Numbered from the stretch's first letter, positions 21,007-30,525 are shown. The stretch: DNA of 64,000 nt from Pseudolabrys sp. (GCA_035651015.1 DASRGN010000034.1:6800-70799); one strand, 5' to 3'. Numbers and translations are program-made. The notes: generated by a model from the sequence alone, not told the origin.

Positions 21007-21660
21007 ATGGCAGCGCCCCGTCCCGCCTCCCGCCCCGAGCCGTGTCTCTATCTCGTGACACCCGAGATTGACGACGCGGCCGCCTTTGCCGGCACACTCG
21101 CCGCCGCGATGGGTGCGGCCGATGTCGCCGCGGTGCTGCTGCGGCTCAGGCCGGACGGCGAGAACGCGCTCACCAAGCGCGTGAAGGCGCTCGCCACCAT
21201 CGTGCAGGACAAAGCGGCGGCGCTGGTGCTCTACGGACATCCGGATCTGGTGGCACGGGCCGGCGCCGACGGCGCACACCTTGCCGAAATCGAGGCTTTT
21301 CTTGCTGCTGCTCCCGGGCTGAAGCCCGAGCGCATCGCCGGCGCCGGCGGCCTCGTCACGCGCCATGACGCGATGATCGCCGCCGAGAATGGCGCCGACT
21401 ATGTGATGTTCGGTGAACCGAATGCACGCGGACAACGTCCGGCCTTCGACGCTATCCTCGAGCGCGTGCAGTGGTGGGCTGAAGTGTTCGAAGCGCCTTG
21501 CGTCGGCTATGCCGCGCGCATCGAGGACGTCGCGCCGCTTGCCGCGGCCGGCGCGGATTTCATCGCGCTCGGCAATTGCGTCTGGGAGGACCCGCGCGGT
21601 GCGGCTGCAGCCATGACCGACGCGGCATCACGCCTGGCGCTGGCGGAGGCAGGCGCGTGA
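21007..21660 (+). CDS. Thiamine phosphate synthase (ThiE)-like TIM-barrel protein
   Basis: LYLVTP, GADGAHL, GADYVMFG, GADFIAL; lacks the usual QLR motif, so function uncertain. Confidence 0.75.
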   Translation: MAAPRPASRPEPCLYLVTPEIDDAAAFAGTLAAAMGAADVAAVLLRLRPDGENALTKRVKALATIVQDKAAALVLYGHPDLVARAGADGAHLAEIEAFLAAAPGLKPERIAGAGGLVTRHDAMIAAENGADYVMFGEPNARGQRPAFDAILERVQWWAEVFEAPCVGYAARIEDVAPLAAAGADFIALGNCVWEDPRGAAAAMTDAASRLALAEAGA

Positions 21661-22598
21661 ACGCCCGGCAGCTCATCCTCGGGCTCGGCGTGATCGGCGC
21701 ACTCGGGTTGGGCGCGCACCCGCTGGCGGCGCAGACGGCGAGGCCAAACAGCCACGCACCGGATATCGCCTATGGCGCGTTCCAGCGCGGCTTCTACATG
21801 ACCGCCTTCACTGAGGCGAGCAAACGCGCCGAGCAGAATGACTTCAAGGCCATGACGTTGCTCGGCGAGCTCTATGCCAACGGCCTCGGCGTAGCGCGCG
21901 ACGATCAGAAGGCCGCTGAATGGTACAAGCGCGCGGCCGACCACGGCGACCGTGAGGCCATGTTCGCGCTGGGCATGTTCTACATGGATGGGCGCGGCGG
22001 AGCTGCCAATCGCGACCAGGGCGCGAAACTCCTCGCCTCCGCAGCCAAGCTCGGAAATTCCAGCGCGGCGTACAATCTCGGGCTGCTCTATCTCGAAGGC
22101 CAGCAGTTTCCCCAGGACTTCACGCGCGCCGGCGAGCTGTTTCGCGCGGCCGCGCGCGCCGGCAATCCCGATGCGCAATACGCGCTGGCCACGATGTACA
22201 AAGAAGGCCGCGGCGTCAGTAAGGATCCGCGCGAGGCGGCGCGGCTGATGGGACAAGCGGCGCTTGCGGAAAATCTCGACGCCATCGTCGAATACGCGAT
22301 CATGCTGTTCAACGGCGAAGGCATCACCAAGGACGAGAAGACCGCGGCGGCGCTGCTCGAGAAGGCCGCGCATCGCGGCAGCCCGATCGCGCAGAACCGC
22401 CTTGCCAATCTCCTGGCGGTCGGCCGCGGTCTGCCCGCCAATCCAACGGAAGCGATCAAGTGGCACATCATCGCCAAATCCGGCGGTGCCGCCGATCCCG
22501 CGCTCGACGACTTCATGGCCCGGCAGAAGCCGGACGTCCGCTCCGCCGGCGAAGCCGCCGCCGAGCACTGGCTGGCGACGCTGGCACGCCAGGGGTGA
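21657..22598 (+). CDS. Sel1-repeat exported protein
   Basis: Repeated A(M/Q)xxLGxxYxxGxGv...A..W/L motifs; signal peptide; GTGA overlap with the upstream gene. Confidence 0.88.
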   Translation: MNARQLILGLGVIGALGLGAHPLAAQTARPNSHAPDIAYGAFQRGFYMTAFTEASKRAEQNDFKAMTLLGELYANGLGVARDDQKAAEWYKRAADHGDREAMFALGMFYMDGRGGAANRDQGAKLLASAAKLGNSSAAYNLGLLYLEGQQFPQDFTRAGELFRAAARAGNPDAQYALATMYKEGRGVSKDPREAARLMGQAALAENLDAIVEYAIMLFNGEGITKDEKTAAALLEKAAHRGSPIAQNRLANLLAVGRGLPANPTEAIKWHIIAKSGGAADPALDDFMARQKPDVRSAGEAAAEHWLATLARQG

Positions 22599-22656
22599 CG
22601 CTCTCTACCGAGCAATTAAGCGACGCGCCCTCCCGGCCTTGACGCGCCTTTCTTCA

Positions 22657-22783
22657 TCCCTCCCCTTCAGGGGAGGGTCGGCTCGCGTTAGCGAGCCGGG
22701 GTGGGGTGATCAATTCAAATGTGCTAAGCGCCCCCTCCCGAGCCTCGCTCTGCTCGGCCCACCCTCCCCTTTCGGGGGAGGGA
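22657..22783. repeat. Palindromic intergenic element, family B copy 2
   Basis: tccctccccttcaggggagggtcggctcgcg...ggcccaccctcccctttcgggggaggga. Confidence 0.75.
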
Positions 22784-22795
22784 AAAAGGAAGAAG

Positions 22796-23587
22796 ATGCT
22801 CCATTCCGCCCTCCTCAATGTGATGATCCAGGCAGCGCGCAAAGCCGGGCGCGCGCTCAAACGCGACTTCGGCGAAATCGAGAAGTTGCAGGTCTCGATG
22901 AAAGGTCCGGCCAACTTCGTCTCCGCCGCCGACCGGCGCGCAGAGGAAACGCTGTTTGCCGAACTGACCAAAGCGCGCCCCGGTTACGGCTTTCTCGGCG
23001 AGGAAGGCGGACACCGCGACGGCGCCGACAAGACCCATACCTGGATTGTCGACCCGCTCGACGGCACCTCCAACTTCCTGCACGGCATCCCGCATTTCGC
23101 CATTTCGATCGCGCTCGAGCGCGAGGGCACGATCGTTGCCGGGTTGGTCTACAATCCGGCGAGCGACGAGATGTTCATCGCCGAGCGCGGCAAGGGCGCC
23201 TTCGTCAACGAGCAGCGCATTCGCGTCGCCGCCCGCCGGCGGCTGAATGAGGCCGTCGCGGCCTGCGGCCTGCCGCATCTCGGCCATGGCGATATCCCAC
23301 GCAACCGCCGCGAGGTCGCCGCCCTGCAGGATCAGGTGGCCGGCCTGCGGCGGTTCGGCGCCGCGGCGCTTGACCTCGCCTGGCTCGCCGCCGGACGTTT
23401 CGACGTCTATTGGGAACGTGATCTCAAGCCCTGGGATCTGGCCGCCGGGATCATCCTTGTCCGCGAGGCAGGAGGATTTGCAACCGATCTCGACGGCGGC
23501 GATGCCATCCTCGAGAAGGGCCACGTGATCGCCGGCAATGAGATCCTGCACCGGGACGTGCTGCGGGTCCTGAAAGCCGCCGGTTAA
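22796..23587 (+). CDS. suhB: Inositol monophosphatase family protein SuhB
   Basis: LGEEGG, WIVDPLDGTSNF, RRFGAAALDL, WDLAAG. Confidence 0.95.
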   Translation: MLHSALLNVMIQAARKAGRALKRDFGEIEKLQVSMKGPANFVSAADRRAEETLFAELTKARPGYGFLGEEGGHRDGADKTHTWIVDPLDGTSNFLHGIPHFAISIALEREGTIVAGLVYNPASDEMFIAERGKGAFVNEQRIRVAARRRLNEAVAACGLPHLGHGDIPRNRREVAALQDQVAGLRRFGAAALDLAWLAAGRFDVYWERDLKPWDLAAGIILVREAGGFATDLDGGDAILEKGHVIAGNEILHRDVLRVLKAAG

Positions 23588-23738
23588 CGGGGCCTAAGAC
23601 CGCAATTTCAACTCAATCCGCCCGTTAATGCCTTCAACGAAGTCCGCTTTTTTCCCGTCACGGGTCTGTGGCATAGTTCTTGGGGCTGGCTTCTTCGAAC
23701 TTGCCCGGTATTGACCAAGAGCGACTGACCGAGCGCGT

Positions 23739-24722
23739 ATGGCCAAAGACATCGACCCTTTGAAGCTTTCTTCCCCCGGCATCTACCTCGTCCGGATGCT
23801 GGTGTTTGTCGTGCTTTGCGGGCTGGTCGCCTTCCTGCTGCAGAAGCAGGTGATGGTGGCATTCCAATCCAACCCGGGCCTCAACGCGCTGATCATCGGC
23901 GTGCTGCTCATCGGCATCGTGTTCGCCTTCCGCCAGGTGGTGCGGCTCTATCCGGAGATCTCCTGGGTCAATAATTTGCGGCTGGCCGATCCCGGCCTCG
24001 CCATCGAGCGGCCGCCCACCCTGCTGGCGCCGATGGCCGCGATCCTCGGCACCCGCATGGGCCGCATGGCCGTGTCGGCGCAGCTGATGCGCAGCATGCT
24101 CGACTCCATCGCCACCCGCCTCGACGAGGCGCGCGACATCTCCCGCTACATGACCGGGCTGCTGGTCTTTCTCGGCCTGCTCGGCACCTTCTGGGGCCTG
24201 ATCGAAACCGTGGGCTCGGTCGGTACCGTCATCAGCGGCCTCAAGGCCGGCGGCGATGCCGGCACCATGTTCGACTCGCTGCGCGAGGGCCTCGCCGCAC
24301 CGCTCAGCGGCATGGGCATCTCATTCTCGTCCTCGCTGTTCGGCCTCGCCGGCTCGCTGATCCTCGGCTTCCTCGATTTGCAATCGAGCCAGGGACAGAA
24401 CCGCTTCTACACCGAGCTCGAAGACTGGCTTTCGACCACAGTCTATGACATCGGCACCGAGCCCGGCGTGGGCGCCGCGCCGGCCGTCTCCGGCGAGATG
24501 CGCAACGCCATCGACAAGCTCAAGGAAGCGATCGGCGAAGCCGGATCGAGCAAGGCCGCGACCAGCGCCATGGCCAATCTCGCGGAGGCGATCCAGGGTC
24601 TCGTCCATCACATGCGCACCGAGCAGCAGATGATTCGCGACTGGGTCGACTCCCAGGCCGAGCAACATCGCGACATCAAGAAGCTCCTCGAAGTGCTCGT
24701 GCGCGAAACGAGTAAATTGTAA
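23739..24722 (+). CDS. MotA/TolQ/ExbB-like membrane protein
   Basis: LGLLGTFWGL and GMGISFSSSLFGLAGSL channel helices; two N-terminal TM segments; C-terminal cytoplasmic helix. Confidence 0.85.
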   Translation: MAKDIDPLKLSSPGIYLVRMLVFVVLCGLVAFLLQKQVMVAFQSNPGLNALIIGVLLIGIVFAFRQVVRLYPEISWVNNLRLADPGLAIERPPTLLAPMAAILGTRMGRMAVSAQLMRSMLDSIATRLDEARDISRYMTGLLVFLGLLGTFWGLIETVGSVGTVISGLKAGGDAGTMFDSLREGLAAPLSGMGISFSSSLFGLAGSLILGFLDLQSSQGQNRFYTELEDWLSTTVYDIGTEPGVGAAPAVSGEMRNAIDKLKEAIGEAGSSKAATSAMANLAEAIQGLVHHMRTEQQMIRDWVDSQAEQHRDIKKLLEVLVRETSKL

Positions 24723-24724
24723 CG

Positions 24725-25753
24725 ATGGCCCTCGCCCGCGCCCGCCGCGGCGAAAGCGGCATGAATTACTGGCCGGGATTCGTCGACGCGCTGTCGACGC
24801 TGGTGCTGAGCATCATCTTCCTGCTCACCGTCTTCGTCGTCGTGCAGTTCTATCTGCAGCAGGAAGTGGCCGGAAAAGATACCGCGCTAAGCCGCCTCAA
24901 TGCACAGATCGCGCAGCTCACCGATCTCCTCTCCATGGAGAAGACGGGCAAGGTCGATCTGCAGCAGCAGCTCGCGCAATTGCAAGCAAGTCTCGCCGGC
25001 GCCGAAAGCGAGCGCGAGCGCCTGAAAGGGCTCTATGAAGGTGCCGGCGGTAGCGTCGCCGCCGCGCAGGGCCGCGCCAATGAGCTCGCCGGGCAGCTCG
25101 AAGGCGAGAAGCAGATCTCCTCGCGCGCGCTGGCCCAAGTCGAGGTGCTCAACCAGCAGATCGCGGCGCTGCGCCGCCAGCTCGCTGCGCTGGAGGATGC
25201 GCTCAACACCTCGGAGCAGAAAGATAAGGACTCGCAAGCGCGCGTCGCTGAGCTCGGCCAGCGCCTCAACCTTGCGCTGGCGCAGCGCGTGCAGGAGCTC
25301 TCGCGCTACCGCTCTGACTTCTTCGGCCGGCTGCGCGCCATCCTCGGCGACCGCCCTGACGTGCGCATCGTCGGCGACCGCTTCGTGCTGCAGACGGAAG
25401 TGTTCTTCGACACCGGCAAGGCTGATCTCCTTCCCGAGGGCCGCGACGAGCTCGACAAGATCGCGAGCGCGCTGCTCGACCTGCAGCAGCAGATCCCGGC
25501 GGATATCGCCTGGGTGCTGCGCGTCGACGGCCACACCGACGTGCGCCCGATCAATAGCCCGACCTTCAAGTCGAACTGGGACCTCTCTGCCGCACGCGCC
25601 ATCTCGGTGGTGCAGTATCTGATCAGCAAAGGCATCTCGCCGCAGCGCCTGGTCGCCGCCGGTTTTGGTGAATTCCAGCCGCTCGACACCGATCGCACCG
25701 AAGACGCCTTCAAGAAGAACCGCCGCATCGAGCTCAAGCTCACCGAGCGGTGA
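24725..25753 (+). CDS. MotB/OmpA-like peptidoglycan-binding protein with long coiled coil
   Basis: YWPGFVDALS (Asp next to TM), coiled coil, then VDGHTD...NWDLSAARA...NRRIELKL. Confidence 0.9.
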   Translation: MALARARRGESGMNYWPGFVDALSTLVLSIIFLLTVFVVVQFYLQQEVAGKDTALSRLNAQIAQLTDLLSMEKTGKVDLQQQLAQLQASLAGAESERERLKGLYEGAGGSVAAAQGRANELAGQLEGEKQISSRALAQVEVLNQQIAALRRQLAALEDALNTSEQKDKDSQARVAELGQRLNLALAQRVQELSRYRSDFFGRLRAILGDRPDVRIVGDRFVLQTEVFFDTGKADLLPEGRDELDKIASALLDLQQQIPADIAWVLRVDGHTDVRPINSPTFKSNWDLSAARAISVVQYLISKGISPQRLVAAGFGEFQPLDTDRTEDAFKKNRRIELKLTER

Positions 25754-25784
25754 GCCTGAGCGTCTCGCGCCTCATGGCCCATCT

Positions 25785-25881
25785 CCGTCATCCTGAGGTG
25801 CGAGCGCAGCGAGCCTCGAAGGATGCACGGCCCGGGCCGTCGCCCTTCGAGGGCCGCTCCGCGGCCACCTCAGGGTGACGG
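25785..25881. repeat. Palindromic intergenic element, family A copy 3
   Basis: ccgtcatcctgaggtgcgagcgcagcgagcctcgaaggatg...cttcgagggccgctccgcggccacctcagggtgacgg. Confidence 0.8.
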
Positions 25882-25903
25882 CGGAGAATCTGAGCTCTTG
25901 TCG

Positions 25904-26353
25904 ATGCCGTCCTTCACGCTCCGCCCCTACATCGCCGCCGATGAAGACGCCGCCATCGAGCTGTGGCGGCGTACCTGGCAGCAGCATTATCCGCACATCG
26001 ATTTCGGCGCGCGCGTCGAGTGGTGGCGCGAGCGCTGGCGCAGTGAGCTCGTCCCAGTGGCACAGATCGTTGTCGCCGATCAGGCCGGCGCCATGGCCGG
26101 CTTCGTCACCATCGACGTGAAGACCGGCTACCTCGACTCCATCGTCGTCGCGCCGGAAGCCTGGGGCGGCGGCGTCGCCAAGGCGCTCCTCGACGAAGCC
26201 AAGCGCCGCTCGCCGTCGGGCATCGAGCTCCTGGTCAACAAGGACAATACTCGCGCCATCGGCTTTTATGAGAAGCACGGCTTCGTCTATGCCGGCGAGG
26301 ACAAGAACCCGGTCTCCGGTAAGCCGGTGAACCGCATGCGGTGGGCACCATAA
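25904..26353 (+). CDS. GNAT N-acetyltransferase
   Basis: VVAPEAWGGGVAKALL acetyl-CoA motif and NTRAIGFYEKHGF. Confidence 0.9.
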   Translation: MPSFTLRPYIAADEDAAIELWRRTWQQHYPHIDFGARVEWWRERWRSELVPVAQIVVADQAGAMAGFVTIDVKTGYLDSIVVAPEAWGGGVAKALLDEAKRRSPSGIELLVNKDNTRAIGFYEKHGFVYAGEDKNPVSGKPVNRMRWAP

Positions 26354-26454
26354 GCCTCTGTTGTCGCGCAAAAAGCCGGAAAAACCCGCTTTTCTCCTAA
26401 GCCAAAATTTACCCCGACGCGCTTGAATCCGGTCGTTCCACCCGGAGCCTTGCC

Positions 26455-27483
26455 TTGGACTTCTCGCCCGTCATCGCCTTCGTGCTCGGCCAGATGCAGC
26501 GGCTGTTTTTCTCGCTGGGCTCGCACTTCTCGGTGACGTCGCTCGTCGCGGCGATGCTGTTCGCCATCGTCTTCCTCATCCTGAAGCGCCTCGAGCGTGG
26601 ACGCCGGATCCGCGTGCGCACGCTGTGGCGCGCGCTGTTTCCGGCCCGCATCCTCAAGAGCCGCTCGAATATCGCCGACCTCGGCTTCATGGCGTTCAAC
26701 GTCTTCATGTTCGGCATCATCTTCGGCTGGGCTGTGCTGCATTATCAGGTCATCGCCAACGGGCTGACGCATCTGCTCGCGCTCGCCTTCGGCGCGCCGG
26801 CGCCGAGTGCCCTGCCCGCCTTCGTGCAGCGCGCGATCATCACCGTGATGCTGTTTCTCTCCTACGAGCTCGGCTACTGGCTCAATCATTGGCTCGCGCA
26901 TCGCGTGCCGCTGCTCTGGGAATTCCACAAGGTGCACCACACCGCGACGGTGCTCACGCCGTTCACCAATTTCCGTGTGCACCCGATCTATGCCTGGGTG
27001 TTCGCCAACATCCTCGCCTTCACCGCGGCGGCCGCCAACGGGCTCGGCAGCTACATGTTCGGCGACATGTCGTATCAATATGCGCTGTCGGACACGAACA
27101 TCATCCTGGTGTTCTTCATCCACACCTACGTGCATCTGCAGCACACCGAGCTGTGGATCGCCTTCACCGGCGCCCTCGGCCGCGTGCTGGTGAGCCCGGC
27201 ACATCACCAGGTGCATCACTCCGCCGACCCGAAGCATTTCAATAAGAATTACGGCAGCTGCCTTGCGCTGTGGGATTGGATGTTCGGAACGCTCTACATC
27301 CCCGCGCGCACGCCAGAGAAGCTGTCATTCGGCGTCGATCCCAATCGCGCCGACGCGCACACGTTCGCCGGCGAAATGCTGGCGCCGTTCGCCCATGGTG
27401 CCGCACGCATTCGCGAGCTCGCACAATTGCCGCAAGGCGCGAGCGTCACTGCGCGCGACGAGAAGCAGGCGCAGAAAGCGTAA
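26455..27483 (+). CDS. Sterol desaturase / fatty acid hydroxylase family protein
   Basis: His boxes HWLAH, HKVHH, HLQH and HHQVHH; several TM segments; TTG start. Confidence 0.85.
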   Translation: MDFSPVIAFVLGQMQRLFFSLGSHFSVTSLVAAMLFAIVFLILKRLERGRRIRVRTLWRALFPARILKSRSNIADLGFMAFNVFMFGIIFGWAVLHYQVIANGLTHLLALAFGAPAPSALPAFVQRAIITVMLFLSYELGYWLNHWLAHRVPLLWEFHKVHHTATVLTPFTNFRVHPIYAWVFANILAFTAAAANGLGSYMFGDMSYQYALSDTNIILVFFIHTYVHLQHTELWIAFTGALGRVLVSPAHHQVHHSADPKHFNKNYGSCLALWDWMFGTLYIPARTPEKLSFGVDPNRADAHTFAGEMLAPFAHGAARIRELAQLPQGASVTARDEKQAQKA

Positions 27484-27490
27484 GCGTCGC

Positions 27491-27535
27491 CGCGCAACCG
27501 AGCCGCGAATAACGCGCAACCGAGCCGCGAATAAC
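27491..27535. repeat. Exact 22-bp tandem duplication
   Basis: (gcgcaaccgagccgcgaataac) x2. Confidence 0.9.
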
Positions 27536-27615
27536 CTGACCGAAATTTAATCCGCGGAATCGCGTGCAAACGCCTTTTAAAACAAGCCATTCACCGGCCG
27601 TTCACCGCGAAAATC

Positions 27616-27641
27616 GGAACCTTGTGCGCAAGTTCAAAGTT
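27616..27641 (+). promoter_or_regulatory. Possible EcfG-type promoter GGAAC-N17-AGTT
   Basis: 34 nt upstream of ATG 27675; one mismatch in the -10 element. Confidence 0.5.
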
Positions 27642-27674
27642 AACGCTCCGACTTATTGAGAAAGAGGTGACGCC

Positions 27675-27968
27675 ATGACCAAGATCCTGACAGCCCTTGC
27701 TGTGGCTGCGACGCTGGCGGTTGCCGCCGTCGCGGCTCCGCAACCGGCCGAGGCTCGTGGCGGTGCCCTTGCCGCCGGCATCATCGGCGGCCTGGCCGCC
27801 GGCGCGATCATCGGCTCGGCTGCAGCCAACGGCCCGTATTACGGCTACGGCCCCGGCCCCTACTACTATGGTGCGGCGCCCGGCTATTACGGTGGTTGCT
27901 ACTGGACCCATCAGCGTTGGTGGGACGGCTACGGCTGGCGCTTCCGCCGCGTCCGCGTTTGCGACTAG
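27675..27968 (+). CDS. Small secreted Gly/Tyr-rich protein, paralogue 1
   Basis: Signal peptide AEA; AGIIGGLAAGAIIGSA; C-terminal Cys pair; GAGG RBS. Confidence 0.85.
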   Translation: MTKILTALAVAATLAVAAVAAPQPAEARGGALAAGIIGGLAAGAIIGSAAANGPYYGYGPGPYYYGAAPGYYGGCYWTHQRWWDGYGWRFRRVRVCD

Positions 27969-28000
27969 CGGTCCGGCCGGCAGGCAATCCGCCTGACGAA

Positions 28001-28042
28001 AAAGGCCCGGTTTCCTCTGTGGAAACCGGGCTTTCGCTTTTT
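28001..28042 (+). terminator. Intrinsic terminator
   Basis: gcccggtttcc/ggaaaccgggc stem followed by a T-rich tail. Confidence 0.75.
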
Positions 28043-28164
28043 GTGTGGGTCGCAGGGCGGGTTCCACCAACAAATTTCCGCCAAATTGCGGACCCCTCTT
28101 TACAGGTTCCGGCGCTTGACTAAGGCTCCTCCTTGGTCCGGTCCGGACCTTGGAGGGAGACCCA

Positions 28165-28479
28165 ATGAAGAAAGGCCTGATTGCTCTCGCCGCGGCGGCC
28201 ACGCTGGCGGCTGCGACTTTCGCCGCGCCGCAACCGGCTGACGCCCGCTGCTTCGGCTGCGCCGTCGGTGCCGGCATCGTTGGCGGCGCCATCCTCGGCG
28301 CGGCCATCGCCAACAGCCAGCCGCGCTATTACGCGCCGGCTCCGGGCTACGTGGCCTATCCGGGATACGCGGTTGCGGCTCCCTATGGCTGCCCGGGCGG
28401 CTACTGGGCGCGTCGCCCGCTCTACGACCGCTTCGGTAACGTGGTCGGCTACAGCCGTCCGCGCTTCTTCTGTCCTTAA
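28165..28479 (+). CDS. Small secreted protein, paralogue 2
   Basis: Signal peptide ADA; CFGCAVGAGIVGGAILGAAIA; C-terminal Cys pair. Confidence 0.85.
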   Translation: MKKGLIALAAAATLAAATFAAPQPADARCFGCAVGAGIVGGAILGAAIANSQPRYYAPAPGYVAYPGYAVAAPYGCPGGYWARRPLYDRFGNVVGYSRPRFFCP

Positions 28480-28538
28480 TGAACGCGTAACGGGCTTGCC
28501 CGCATGATCGCCGCCACGACAACCCCGTGGAGAAAGTC

Positions 28539-28844
28539 ATGAGGAAAGCCATCATCGCGCTCGCCGCGACCGCGACGTTCGCCGCCCTGGCGCCGGCCCC
28601 TGCCGACGCCGGCTGTCGCGGTTGCGCCGTGGGCGCTGGCGTGATCGGCGGCCTTGCCGCCGGCGCCATCATCGGCTCGGCGCTCGCCGGGCCGCCTGCA
28701 CCGGCCCCCGTCTATGTCGCACCGGCTCCGGTCTATGCGCCGCCGCCGGTGGAATATGTCGACGAGCCGGTCTGCCATATCGAACGCCAGCAATTCTGGG
28801 ACGGCTACGCCTATCGCTGGCGGCGGATCCAGGTCTGCGACTGA
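28539..28844 (+). CDS. Small secreted Pro-rich protein, paralogue 3
   Basis: Signal peptide ADA; CRGCAVGAGVIGGLAAGAIIGSA; ends CHIERQQFWDGYAYRWRRIQVCD. Confidence 0.85.
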   Translation: MRKAIIALAATATFAALAPAPADAGCRGCAVGAGVIGGLAAGAIIGSALAGPPAPAPVYVAPAPVYAPPPVEYVDEPVCHIERQQFWDGYAYRWRRIQVCD

Positions 28845-28870
28845 CCGCGTTTGTCGATCACGCAATGCAT

Positions 28871-28903
28871 AGCGCCCGGCTGATTGCCGGGCGCTTTCAT
28901 TTT
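28871..28903 (+). terminator. Intrinsic terminator
   Basis: agcgcccggc/gccgggcgct stem followed by ttcatttt. Confidence 0.7.
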
Positions 28904-28986
28904 CAGGACTCATTCGCGAGGCCTTCACGCGAGGCGAACCGGAACGGCGCGCGAACGTTGTCTTCCCAACCTTTGTGGAGGATGCC

Positions 28987-29310
28987 ATGCGCGCGATCTC
29001 GTCACTTGTTGTTGCCGCTGCGGTGACCTTCAGCGTTCCCGCCTTCGCGCAAGCGCCGAACCTGCAGGCGCAGCCCTGCCCGGGCGTGCCGTCGGCAGCG
29101 ATGGCCACGACAGGGTCCGGATCAGGCCTCAAAGCCGAGGAAGCTTATCCGCCCGGCTGGCGCGCGTCGGACCACGCCGTCGCCGATGCCGCGACCGGCG
29201 GACGCGCCGAGCCGACCGCACCGGCGGCACAGCCGAGCACCCGCGGACTCGTCGCCAGCAACGAGTGTCCGAAGGACGTCAACCGCCTCGACAACCCACG
29301 CCGGCAGTAA
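28987..29310 (+). CDS. Small secreted hypothetical protein
   Basis: Signal peptide AFA-Q; GGAGG RBS; two Cys. Confidence 0.6.
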   Translation: MRAISSLVVAAAVTFSVPAFAQAPNLQAQPCPGVPSAAMATTGSGSGLKAEEAYPPGWRASDHAVADAATGGRAEPTAPAAQPSTRGLVASNECPKDVNRLDNPRRQ

Positions 29311-29313
29311 GCT

Positions 29314-30522
29314 TTAGTTCCGCATCGCGCCGAGCAGCGCCGGCGTCGGCCAGCAGTCGACCTTGAGCCCGTTGGCCTTCTGATAGGCGCCGAGTGCCGC
29401 GCGGGTGAACATGCCGGCCTTGCCGTCGATCTTGTCCTTGTAGAAGCCGCGCTCGCTGAGCACGCGCTGCATCGCCTGCACGTCGGTGCTGCGCAGCTGG
29501 TCGGTCTTGCTCCAAGGCGTCGCGAACGGCCGCGGATCGCTGATGCGGTCGGCAAGGTGCCCGACGAACAGCACGTAGAGATCGGATGGATTGTAACCCT
29601 TGAGCACGTGGTAGTTCCGGGTGATCAGGAACGCGGGCCCGTAACTGCCTTCGGGCTGCAGCAGCGAGACGTCTTCCGCGAGCTCGGCCGTTGAGAGCTT
29701 GCGCCCGTAAACCGGCACGAAGCCGCGCTTGAGCCACTCGGCCATCGGCAAGGCGTGGTCGGGGCTCCCCACGCTGCAATCGGCATTCGCCGGCGCGCGC
29801 ACCTCGTAGGCCCAGGGGGTGCCTGCATGCCAGCCCTTCACCACCAGTTGCTTGGCGGCGGCCGCGAGCGAGTCGGGCACCGAGTTGAAGATGTCGATGC
29901 GGCCATCGCCGTCGAAATCGGTACCGTAGAGGTAGTACTCCGACGGCATCAACTGCACGAAGCCCATGGCGCCGCCCCAGGAGCTGCGCATTTGCGCGCG
30001 CGGCACGCCGTCCTGCAGCATCTTGAAGGCGATGATCAGCTCGTCGCGGAACATGTCCTTGCGGTTGCCGAGATAGGCTTGCGTCGCCAACACGCGGACG
30101 ACATCGCGTCCGACCTTGTAGCTCCCGTAATCGGTCTCGCGGCCCCAGATCGCCAGCACAATCGGGCCGGGGACGCCGAACTCCTTCTCGATGCGATCGA
30201 GCGTGGCCTTGTGCTGGACCGCCAGCGCCCGGCCCTTGGCCGTCAGGCGATCGAAGGTCGCTTCCTTCAAATAGGCCGATGGTGGTTGCACGAACTCGGC
30301 CTGCGGCGGCTGCGCCTCGACGCGGCCAGGGATGATGAGGTCAGGCAGCGTCAGGTCGGGCTCGAGGTCCTTGATCGCGGCATCGAAGACCTCGCGGGAG
30401 ACGCCCTTGGCTTGCGCTTCGGGCCAAAGCGCTTGCAGGAATTGCTGGAACTCGGGATCGGCCGCGCGCGCAGGTGCGCCGAGCAGAAAACCGGTCAGAA
30501 TTATCGAAAGCGCGATCCGCAT
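29314..30522 (-). CDS. Lytic murein transglycosylase (SltB/MltB-like) with C-terminal PG-binding domain
   Basis: AIWGRETDYG, SSWGGAMG, DFDGDGRIDIF, YNPSDLY, IDGKAGMFTRAALGAYQ. Confidence 0.92.
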   Translation of the reverse strand: MRIALSIILTGFLLGAPARAADPEFQQFLQALWPEAQAKGVSREVFDAAIKDLEPDLTLPDLIIPGRVEAQPPQAEFVQPPSAYLKEATFDRLTAKGRALAVQHKATLDRIEKEFGVPGPIVLAIWGRETDYGSYKVGRDVVRVLATQAYLGNRKDMFRDELIIAFKMLQDGVPRAQMRSSWGGAMGFVQLMPSEYYLYGTDFDGDGRIDIFNSVPDSLAAAAKQLVVKGWHAGTPWAYEVRAPANADCSVGSPDHALPMAEWLKRGFVPVYGRKLSTAELAEDVSLLQPEGSYGPAFLITRNYHVLKGYNPSDLYVLFVGHLADRISDPRPFATPWSKTDQLRSTDVQAMQRVLSERGFYKDKIDGKAGMFTRAALGAYQKANGLKVDCWPTPALLGAMRN

Positions 30523-30525
30523 TCT

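Noticed and set aside
23739-25753. Zorya ZorA/ZorB anti-phage system
   Set aside because: No zorC/D/E, no long ZorA tail, and housekeeping context.
28934-28959. CGAAC-N16-CGTT as an EcfG promoter for the 28987 gene
   Set aside because: Mismatch in the most conserved -35 element; left uncalled.
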